Positions 37,506-45,142 of a stretch of DNA of 64,000 bases are shown here, one piece after another. How positions within the stretch are numbered: the first letter of the stretch is position 1; every line of letters begins with the position of its first letter. The position numbers and the translations under genes were made by a program. The DNA lies in contig CAKZUF010000007.1 in NCBI GenBank assembly GCA_937921685.1, positions 55,384 to 119,383 of the forward strand. Direction: 5' to 3'. The notes below the pieces were generated by a model. The model ran no database searches. It saw only the letters and a list, made by a program, of their open reading frames with translations, and had not been told where the DNA came from. Source of the stretch: an uncultured archaeon (GTDB lineage Archaea > Thermoproteota > Nitrososphaeria_A > Caldarchaeales > Calditenuaceae).

Positions 37506-38990
37506 ATGGAAGGTTCTTGGACTAGATTCTGCAGCGTCTGCACCGTCCTATTACTCAGCTTAGCTATTCTAGCAGCGGCAGCCTATGCTCAGCAGCAAAT
37601 TGTTTACGCTGACGTTCCAGGGAATCCGCCGCCTGGTGCCACTCCTAATAAGCGATTCCTCCTAATCACGTCGGAGAATGACGTCCTTATAGATGATGGC
37701 GTTGTCTTCAGGGCTTGGACCTTTAACGGCACTGTTCCGGGCCCTCTCATCTTGGTGGAGGAGGGTGATGTGGTTGAGATAGAGATCAAGAATGAGGGCA
37801 AGTACACGCATGGCGCCTCCATACATGCTGCAAACACGCAGACATCCCTCTTCGTCGGCAGCATCCCGCCAGGAGAGTCGCGAAAGCTTGTCTTCAAGGC
37901 CGACTTCCCAGGCGTCTACATGTATCACTGCGCGCCGGGAGGCCATGGAATCCTAACCCACACACTTGCCGGGATGTATGGGATGATAGTTGTTGAGCCA
38001 AAGACGGTAAAGTATAGGCTGGAGGAAAGGCTTGGAAAAGAGCCGGACATAAAGGTCTTCCTAGTTCAACACGAGGTCTACGCTAATGGAAAAGACTTCA
38101 CAGATGGTAAGCCTATCTATGTACTGTTCAATGGAAGGGTGTTCCGATATTTGACTGAGCCGATCAAGGCACGTCCAGGAGACTACGTCAGGTTCTATTT
38201 CCTAAACGTGGGTCCGAATCTGGTGGCCAGCTTCCACGCAGTGGGCGGGATATGGGAATACGTGTACCACGGCGGCAACCCAAACAACGTTGAGGAGGGG
38301 CTGCAGACAGTTACTGTGGGGCCGACAGACTCTTATGTCGTAGAGTGGCGGGTGCCCTCCGAGGGGAACTTCCTACTGGTGACCCACGCCTTCGGGACCC
38401 AAACACTCAAGGGCGCCGCAGGCTATCTCTCAGCCAAGGTCGACAACGTGCGGGATAGCCTTATCCTGCCGCAAGGGCCGCAACCGCCCTCGCAAATCCA
38501 AGGAGCCAAGAGGGTTGTAGCCCCCTTCGAGCCGACCGGCGAGGACTTAGGGACACCAGTGATATTCTATCCCGGACAGACGATCGTGGTGAGGATTGTG
38601 GGCAACAGCTTCTACCCCAAGGTTGCACGGGTACCAGTCGGCTCGGAGGTTGTCTGGGTGAATGAAGACGTCCTGAGCATTGGGTCGGGTGAGGTCACGG
38701 GCCAGCACAACGTGGCCACAGTCTCCGGGCCTGAGACCTTCGCATCAGACTTGCTGAAAAACGCTGACAGATTCACATATACGTTCAGTAAGGAGGGAGA
38801 GTATAACTACATATGCGGCATACACCCATACATGAAGGGCTCAATAGTTGTGTACAAGGCCGCGGCAATCGCTGGCGCCGGACCTACTGTAGATCTGACA
38901 GCATTACTGGCTTTCCTCATAGGTCTGGGGGTCGTCGTATCAGTTCTCAGCCTTGGACGAGGGGGACGAGCACAATTAAGAGTTAAATGA
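37506..38990 (+). CDS. NirK-type two-domain copper oxidoreductase fused to a C-terminal cupredoxin domain and TM anchor
   Basis: Signal-like N-terminus. TFNGTVPGP. H-x4-H-A-A (THGASIHAA) and YHCAPGGHGILTHTLAGMYGMIVV, which resemble the NirK HNIDFHAA and YHCAP...H...M type-1/type-2 Cu ligand blocks. A C-terminal YICGIHPYMKGS small blue copper site. Terminal hydrophobic helix. The ORF track's upstream extension to 37431 is probably not translated. Confidence 0.55.
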   Translation: MEGSWTRFCSVCTVLLLSLAILAAAAYAQQQIVYADVPGNPPPGATPNKRFLLITSENDVLIDDGVVFRAWTFNGTVPGPLILVEEGDVVEIEIKNEGKYTHGASIHAANTQTSLFVGSIPPGESRKLVFKADFPGVYMYHCAPGGHGILTHTLAGMYGMIVVEPKTVKYRLEERLGKEPDIKVFLVQHEVYANGKDFTDGKPIYVLFNGRVFRYLTEPIKARPGDYVRFYFLNVGPNLVASFHAVGGIWEYVYHGGNPNNVEEGLQTVTVGPTDSYVVEWRVPSEGNFLLVTHAFGTQTLKGAAGYLSAKVDNVRDSLILPQGPQPPSQIQGAKRVVAPFEPTGEDLGTPVIFYPGQTIVVRIVGNSFYPKVARVPVGSEVVWVNEDVLSIGSGEVTGQHNVATVSGPETFASDLLKNADRFTYTFSKEGEYNYICGIHPYMKGSIVVYKAAAIAGAGPTVDLTALLAFLIGLGVVVSVLSLGRGGRAQLRVK

Positions 38991-39598
38991 ATATGACGCG
39001 CCTTTTTGCAGCAGTGATACTCTCGATGTTCGCAATCACTATTTTGTTTATCGCACTGTCAACAAAGCCTATTGAAGAGCCGCACAGTGGGGTTATGGTC
39101 AGTGGCAGACCCCTCCCCGACTTCACACTCATAAACCAAGATAATGAGATCTTTAGTCTAGGCAAGGTCGCTGGCAGACCTGTCATACTATTCTTCGGAT
39201 ATACAGGCTGCCCTGACGTCTGCCCCTTGGCCATGAGGAAAATCTCCGAGTCTCTGAGAAGCATGGGCCCCCTGTCGGAAGAATTCGCGGTAATCTTCAT
39301 ATCGGTTGACCCTTTGAGGGATACGCCTGACAGGCTCTCAAGGTGGGTCTCACAGTATTATCCAAGGGCTATAGCACTCACCGGTGATCTTGATGAATTG
39401 GGGAGGGTGTGGAGGGCCTATGGTGCCGCGAGGCTTGAGGACTACGAGTCGGCCGTAAGGAGCGGTGACACATACTACGTCAGTCACAGCGCGGTTATCT
39501 ATGTGGCGGACCGTAACCACGTACTCCGACACATCTTGACTCCCGAAATGGATACGGAGGCTTTCAGACAGGTCCTAGAAGAGGTCTATAGGTCCTAG
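38987..39598 (+). CDS. SCO1/SenC copper chaperone (thioredoxin fold)
   Basis: N-terminal TM, then FGYTGCPDVCP (CxxxCP) copper-binding motif. Confidence 0.8.
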   Translation: MNMTRLFAAVILSMFAITILFIALSTKPIEEPHSGVMVSGRPLPDFTLINQDNEIFSLGKVAGRPVILFFGYTGCPDVCPLAMRKISESLRSMGPLSEEFAVIFISVDPLRDTPDRLSRWVSQYYPRAIALTGDLDELGRVWRAYGAARLEDYESAVRSGDTYYVSHSAVIYVADRNHVLRHILTPEMDTEAFRQVLEEVYRS

Positions 39599-39655
39599 CA
39601 ACGACTAGATGGAATCGGATAAGCGGGTTAAAATACTGACACTTAGTGGTCTCTA

Positions 39656-41557
39656 ATGATGCTTGAGGCGTGGCTAATCTGGTTGCTACCGATTACCGCC
39701 GCCTTCCTCATTCCCGGCCTTGTTAAGATATCGAGGAGGGCGGGGGAGGCTTTCTCAGTGCTGGTAGTGGCCACCTCAGCGGCTCTAACTATCTCATTAT
39801 TGCCGAAAGTCTGGGGAGGAAAGAGTGTGCAGACAGATATTGCATGGATAGGCCTACCAGGGGGCGGCTCCGTCCGCCTTGGGATGCTCCTAGACCCGCT
39901 CTCAGTCATCATGACCCTCATTGCCACGGGAATAGGAACCCTCATAATGCTATACTCGATAGGCTACATGCACCATGAGGAAGGGGTCGGCCGATACTAT
40001 TTCTTCATGACACTCTTCATAGGCGGCATGGTGCTTCTAGTCACCTCGTCAAACCTGCTCTGCCTATACATTGGATGGGAGATTGTCGGAATTTGTAGCT
40101 ACGCCCTTATCGGATACTATGTTCACAGGAAGGAGGCTAGGGAGGCGGCTATCAAAGCCTTCGTAACAACTAGGATCGGCGATGTACTGCTTTTCGCCTC
40201 CATTCTCATCACATTTGCCGTTTTTAACACATTAGAATTCACTGAACTCAGACTAGCTATTGAGGAGAGGGCTGCGGCCGGACATCTTGACATGGGGTTC
40301 TTAATGCTAATCCTCCTACTAGCCTTCGGGGGAGCCATAGGAAAGTCTGCACAGTTCCCACTCCACGTCTGGCTCCCAGACGCTATGGAAGGGCCCACAC
40401 CCGTCTCCGCGCTAATACATGCAGCCACTATGGTGAAGGCGGGTGTCTACCTAGTTGCGAGATACAGCTTTACAATAGTTCCTTTCGAGCATTTCACCCC
40501 GGCACAGCTCTCAGACTGGTATACCATGATAGCGACGATAGGCGGTTTCACGGCCCTCTTCGCGGCGAGCATGGGGCTCGTCTCCAACGATATTAAGCGC
40601 GTTATAGCCTACTCGACGATCAGCCAGCTGGCCCTTATGTTTGCTGCACTTGGGGTTGGGACGGCTGCGGGGTGGTTCGGGGGTGTTTTCCACATAGTCA
40701 GCCACTCCATCTTCAAGGCTCTCCTCTTCCTCGCATCCGGAGTCGTAATACACTATCTGGGGACAAACAATATCGATGAAATGGGTGGGCTGAGAAGGGT
40801 TATGCCCATTACATTCTACACCTCTACAATTGGCGTGTTAGCTCTCTCAGGCATCCCGCCTTTCAACGGCTTCTTCAGCAAGGATATCATACTCGGGGCA
40901 CTTCTGGAGAGGGGGGCTTGGATTCCACTCCTGCTTGTGGCCTCGGCTTCAATCCTAACTGTGATCTATAGCTTTAGGTGGCTGAGCAAGGTCTTCCTAG
41001 GGGAGATGAAGCACCATGGAGGGCAACACGGCCACGCCGAGTCATTTAGGACTATGACAACCCCACTGATAATTCTAGCGGCACTCACCCTAACGGGTCT
41101 ACCACCATTTGAGGAAGCCCTACACCACTTTATTGGAATCCACGAGGAAATCAAAATACCCCCAGCAACCTACGCAATCTCAGCAGGAGTGATTGCAACA
41201 GGTCTCACCATTGCTTACCTATTCTACATAAGACGCGCTTGGAGTCCAGAGGCTGTACGCCAAGCCCCCCTATTGTCTGCAATACACTCAGTCCTAGTAA
41301 ATAGATACTACATAGACGTGGCGTACAAGATAATCTTCGTGGACGGGTTTACAAGGCTTGCAGCACTGATAAGAAGGGGGTTAGAGGAAAAGGTGATAGA
41401 CGGTATAAACTATGCAGCAGCAAGGGGCTTCCAGAAGATAGTGGATGTGATCAGATACATCCAGACGGGAAGCAGCAACCTCAACATTAGTGGTGTAGCT
41501 ATAGGTTTAGTAATTCTGCTGTTTGTTCTCTTAGTGAGGCTTGCCGGCATCCTCTAA
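39656..41557 (+). CDS. proton-conducting membrane transporter, NuoL/MrpA (complex I subunit 5) family, stand-alone
   Basis: Sixteen or more TM helices with the conserved WLPDAMEGPTPVSALIHAATMVKAGVY and ISQLALMF blocks. Confidence 0.8.
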   Translation: MMLEAWLIWLLPITAAFLIPGLVKISRRAGEAFSVLVVATSAALTISLLPKVWGGKSVQTDIAWIGLPGGGSVRLGMLLDPLSVIMTLIATGIGTLIMLYSIGYMHHEEGVGRYYFFMTLFIGGMVLLVTSSNLLCLYIGWEIVGICSYALIGYYVHRKEAREAAIKAFVTTRIGDVLLFASILITFAVFNTLEFTELRLAIEERAAAGHLDMGFLMLILLLAFGGAIGKSAQFPLHVWLPDAMEGPTPVSALIHAATMVKAGVYLVARYSFTIVPFEHFTPAQLSDWYTMIATIGGFTALFAASMGLVSNDIKRVIAYSTISQLALMFAALGVGTAAGWFGGVFHIVSHSIFKALLFLASGVVIHYLGTNNIDEMGGLRRVMPITFYTSTIGVLALSGIPPFNGFFSKDIILGALLERGAWIPLLLVASASILTVIYSFRWLSKVFLGEMKHHGGQHGHAESFRTMTTPLIILAALTLTGLPPFEEALHHFIGIHEEIKIPPATYAISAGVIATGLTIAYLFYIRRAWSPEAVRQAPLLSAIHSVLVNRYYIDVAYKIIFVDGFTRLAALIRRGLEEKVIDGINYAAARGFQKIVDVIRYIQTGSSNLNISGVAIGLVILLFVLLVRLAGIL

Positions 41558-41601
41558 GCGCGTCTAAACATATATAGGCGGACTGGGCTGATAAGGGTTA
41601 G

Positions 41602-41775
41602 ATGGGGGTTAAGGAGTTCGCCAGATCAGTCATTACGGTGTTTAGGGTCGCTCAAAAGCCCACCAAAGAGACGTACCTTACTTTTGCGAGAATAACCCTG
41701 ATCGGGGTGCTATTACTTGGCGTCATATCTTTTCTCGTCAGGTTCCTAATGATAGCCCTCCAAGGTGGAGTGTGA
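41602..41775 (+). CDS. secE: preprotein translocase subunit SecE/Sec61-gamma
   Basis: 57-aa ORF MGVKEFARSVITVFRVAQKPTKETYLTFARITLIGVLLLGVISFLVRFLMIAL with a single TM. Conserved position upstream of spt5. Absent from the ORF track because it is under 60 aa. Confidence 0.65.
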   Translation: MGVKEFARSVITVFRVAQKPTKETYLTFARITLIGVLLLGVISFLVRFLMIALQGGV

Positions 41776-42248
41776 TGAGCCAGGCTGAGAAGAAGTTTCA
41801 GATCTTTGCAATAAGAACCACCGTGGGGCAGGAAAAGAACGTGGCAAGGCTACTCTCAAACAGGATTGACATCGAGGCAGGGGATATAGCTTCGATATTC
41901 ATTCTGCCAATGCTAAAGGGTTACGTGTTTATAGAGGGGGTGGATAAGGACCGAATAGCACTCCTCACCCAAGGGATGATGCATGTCAAATCGAGGCCGA
42001 TCACAGCCGTCTCTATAGAAGAGTTAAAGCAACATATTGTCGAGAGGCCCGTGATTGAGACTATTAACGAGGGAGAGATGGTCGAAGTTATTGCTGGACC
42101 ACTTAGAGGTGTGACTGGCAAGGTGCTTCGCATCGACAGGCAGAAAAACTCAGTCACGATAGAGTTAACCGAGAGTATCTATCCGCTCCCAATCTCTGTC
42201 CCGGCTCGACAACTCAGGCCGATTCGGCAGCAGCAGGAGACCCGCTAA
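41772..42248 (+). CDS. spt5: transcription elongation factor Spt5 (NusG)
   Basis: NGN domain (IFAIRTTVGQE) and KOW motif (GEMVEVIAGPLRGVTGKV). Confidence 0.85.
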   Translation: MMSQAEKKFQIFAIRTTVGQEKNVARLLSNRIDIEAGDIASIFILPMLKGYVFIEGVDKDRIALLTQGMMHVKSRPITAVSIEELKQHIVERPVIETINEGEMVEVIAGPLRGVTGKVLRIDRQKNSVTIELTESIYPLPISVPARQLRPIRQQQETR

Positions 42249-42278
42249 CCCTCCCTCGAGATTTTTCAAGTATTTATT

Positions 42279-42806
42279 GTGGATTCTGAATGGGGATTAA
42301 GCGTGGCTGAAAGGACGTATAAGTTCGTAGTAGAGGGCGGTAAAGCGACTGCAGGCCCTCCTATAGGGCCTACACTCACGCCACTCGGAATTAATGTACT
42401 ACAGCTTATTGAGGAGATAAATCGAAAGACCGCGGAGTTCAAAGGCATGCACGTCACCGTGATCGTGAAAGTAGACTCCGATACTAAGTCTTTCAGCGTT
42501 GAGGTAGGCGTACCAACCACCATAGCCCTCATCGCCAAGGAGGCGGGCATTGAGAAAGGGTCGAGCACAGCCCATAAACAGCCTGTAGGAGACCTCTCAG
42601 TGGAGGGTCTAATTAAGATCGCGAGGCTGAAGATGGAGCAGCTAAGGGCTACTTCCCTAAAGGCGGCAGTGCTCTCCGTGGCCGGAACATGTGTAAGCAT
42701 GGGAGTAACAATTGATGGAAAGGATCCAAAGGAGTTTATAGAGGAGGTCAGGATGGGTAAATATGATGAATTGCTCTCCGCTGCTACCTCTTCTTCTCAG
42801 GCTTAA
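42279..42806 (+). CDS. rpl11: 50S ribosomal protein L11 (uL11)
   Basis: GGKATAGPPIGPTLTPLGINV. The true start is probably slightly downstream of 42279. Confidence 0.85.
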   Translation: MDSEWGLSVAERTYKFVVEGGKATAGPPIGPTLTPLGINVLQLIEEINRKTAEFKGMHVTVIVKVDSDTKSFSVEVGVPTTIALIAKEAGIEKGSSTAHKQPVGDLSVEGLIKIARLKMEQLRATSLKAAVLSVAGTCVSMGVTIDGKDPKEFIEEVRMGKYDELLSAATSSSQA

Positions 42807-43449
42807 TCTTAATCGGCGGGCTCATGCTTAACTTCAAGACGATAGACTTGACGTTAGCCCACCCGTTTTCAAGTCTTGAAACAACCCTCTCGATCACAGC
42901 CCTAGCATTATCCAATAACTGATCTACACTCATATCCTCTGTACCCACAATGCACATTACCTGCGGAACCTTACGCACCCTAGCTACAACGGTCCTCCTA
43001 TACCTCGCAGCAAACTCGTCAATATCCACGTTGGCCGGTATTGGTATAGGTGTCTTCCCCACGCCTCCGAGTGCTGCACCGAGTGCGCGCGCAGCCACGG
43101 GGACAAGCTGAGGCTCTATTAGGAAGTAGTCGAACTCTCTTACAAGCCTCTTTGCTGCCTTCTTATTCCCCACCAACCCTTCTATTTCCTGTCTTTCAAA
43201 GACCCTGTCAACGTTTTGAGACCTAGACGCCCTGAGAGCAAGTTCACCAGTGGCTATAACAGCTATACGCTTGGAGGCAGAGCCAAGCCCGTGGGGCAGC
43301 TCTATCATTTCGCTGAAACGCTTCTCGGGCTTACTCACATCAACATCCTTCAAGTTTATCACAAGCTCTACCGCTTGAGTGAAGTTCCGCTTCACCCTCT
43401 TCTCCAGCACCTCACGAACTCCTCTTTCCAAGTCTATGACAGTAGACAT
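42784..43449 (-). CDS. rpl1: 50S ribosomal protein L1 (uL1)
   Basis: RNFTQAVELVINLKDVDVSKPEKRF...LPHG. On the opposite strand to L11 and L10. Confidence 0.85.
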   Translation of the reverse strand: MSTVIDLERGVREVLEKRVKRNFTQAVELVINLKDVDVSKPEKRFSEMIELPHGLGSASKRIAVIATGELALRASRSQNVDRVFERQEIEGLVGNKKAAKRLVREFDYFLIEPQLVPVAARALGAALGGVGKTPIPIPANVDIDEFAARYRRTVVARVRKVPQVMCIVGTEDMSVDQLLDNARAVIERVVSRLENGWANVKSIVLKLSMSPPIKIKPEKKR

Positions 43450-43505
43450 CCTTAGTAAACGACCTAATTGCTGTCTAATAGGTTTATAATCGAGTGGCGG
43501 AACCC

Positions 43506-44264
43506 CTATATCTCCAGCAGCAACTCAGGATCCTTTAGTGTCTTGATCTTGTCCTCCTCGCCCTCAATTAGCCAGCTCATCCAGCAGAGCTCCGTGGGCC
43601 GGAAACCGATCTTCTCACAAATCTCGGTGACGCCCTTGATGAACTCCATATCCTTCTCAAATGGTTTAAGGCCTGAACCCGCTAGTAGCCTGTTTACCAC
43701 CCTCTTCACCACCCTATCAGGCATCAAAGTGTCGACCCCGCCCATCATCCTGAGATACTGGTACGTAACGAGCCCAACCCCGTTTATGGAGCCTATAGGG
43801 TCGCGCCTCCAATTATGAAGGCTTGATTGGGATGCCCAGATTCTCAGGGCCTCTCTATCACCCCGTCCATATCTGGTCAGAGCCGCGGCGATGTCCTTGG
43901 CGGCTTGCCAGGACCGCGTATTCCTCCAAAGATATCTAACCCTCCTAATGTCTAGGCGAGCGAGATCTCGTAGATGTTTAACTTCTCCCTTTTCCACGAA
44001 TCTCTTCGAAAAGAACTTCACTCGCGGAACCACTACATCGAAGTAGCTTAGACCACTTGAGGTCAAGGCGGCGTCAACGACCATGAGGACAACGCTCCCA
44101 CCCCATCGCTCTGTCCTAAGACACCTATCACACACTTGTTTAAGATTTGGGAGGCTGGATGTGATCCTCAAAATCTTCTCTCTCAGCAGGTCTAGGCTGC
44201 CCAATCCATACCTTGACGGGGGCTGGATGGAATTTAAATAGTTGGCTAAATTAGCATTATTCAA
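43506..44264 (-). CDS. hypothetical protein with an HhH-GPD-like segment, possibly an archaeal DNA N-glycosylase (AGOG-like)
   Basis: INGVGLVTYQYLRMMGGVDTLMPDRVVKRV resembles the helix-hairpin-helix/GPD pattern L..GVG..TA......G.......D.HV.RV. Its size (252 aa) is similar to Pa-AGOG. Weak. Confidence 0.35.
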   Translation of the reverse strand: MNNANLANYLNSIQPPSRYGLGSLDLLREKILRITSSLPNLKQVCDRCLRTERWGGSVVLMVVDAALTSSGLSYFDVVVPRVKFFSKRFVEKGEVKHLRDLARLDIRRVRYLWRNTRSWQAAKDIAAALTRYGRGDREALRIWASQSSLHNWRRDPIGSINGVGLVTYQYLRMMGGVDTLMPDRVVKRVVNRLLAGSGLKPFEKDMEFIKGVTEICEKIGFRPTELCWMSWLIEGEEDKIKTLKDPELLLEI

Positions 44265-44269
44265 AAGTC

Positions 44270-45142
44270 ATGGTCAGGGCTGCTCTGTTGCTGAGGCCGA
44301 GGGAGTACAAGGCCAAGCGTGTAGAAGAGTTGAAGAACATGTTCAAGACCTACCGCGTGATAGGTTTTATAGACCTTTTCAGGTCTTCAGCAGATCTTAT
44401 CCACCTCTTCCGGAGCAAGTTTAGGGGACAGGCCGTCATCAAGGCGGCTAGAAAGACGCTGGTGATAAGGGCGGCTAAGGAGGCTGGGAGAGAAAAAATA
44501 GCGGAATATATAGAGAAGGAGAAAAGACCCTTCGCGCTCATCTTCACCAACATCAACCCCTTCATCCTGAAACTCGAGCTCGATAAAGGTAAAGTTCTCA
44601 CACCACCCAGGCCTGGTGAGACAGCGGATATAGACGTAGTTGTCCCGCCAATCAACACAGGTCTGCAGCCTGGCCCCATACTTTCAGAGTTCGGGAAACT
44701 CAAGATACCCACAAGAATAGAGGGTGGGACTATATGGATTGCCAGGGAAACTACCGTTGCCAGAAAGGGTGACGTGATCCAGCCAACCCTGGCATCACTC
44801 CTCGCAAAGCTAGAGATAGGCGCTGTTTATCGAAGCATAAACCTCCTTGTAGCTTTTGACGGTGACTTGATCATTCCTTCCGAGCTTTTAACCATTGATG
44901 TTGAAGGAACTAGAAGGATGCTCTCTGAGGCCCACTCCACGTCCCTAGCTCTTGCAATAGAGGTTGGATACGCGGCGCCAGAGACAATTGTTCCGATGAT
45001 AGTGAGGGCATACCGCTCAGCCATTAGCGTCTCTCTTGCAGCGGGCTACACAACCAAGGAAACTATAGAGATCCTGCTCGCAAAGGCCGTCTCAGAGGCA
45101 GCTACGCTTCAGAGGGTTGTAGATTCTCGATCAGTCTCTTGA
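44270..45142 (+). CDS. rpl10: 50S ribosomal protein L10 (uL10, acidic P0)
   Basis: KAKRVEELKNMFKTYRVIGFIDL N-terminus. The C-terminus lacks a long acidic tail. Confidence 0.8.
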   Translation: MVRAALLLRPREYKAKRVEELKNMFKTYRVIGFIDLFRSSADLIHLFRSKFRGQAVIKAARKTLVIRAAKEAGREKIAEYIEKEKRPFALIFTNINPFILKLELDKGKVLTPPRPGETADIDVVVPPINTGLQPGPILSEFGKLKIPTRIEGGTIWIARETTVARKGDVIQPTLASLLAKLEIGAVYRSINLLVAFDGDLIIPSELLTIDVEGTRRMLSEAHSTSLALAIEVGYAAPETIVPMIVRAYRSAISVSLAAGYTTKETIEILLAKAVSEAATLQRVVDSRSVS

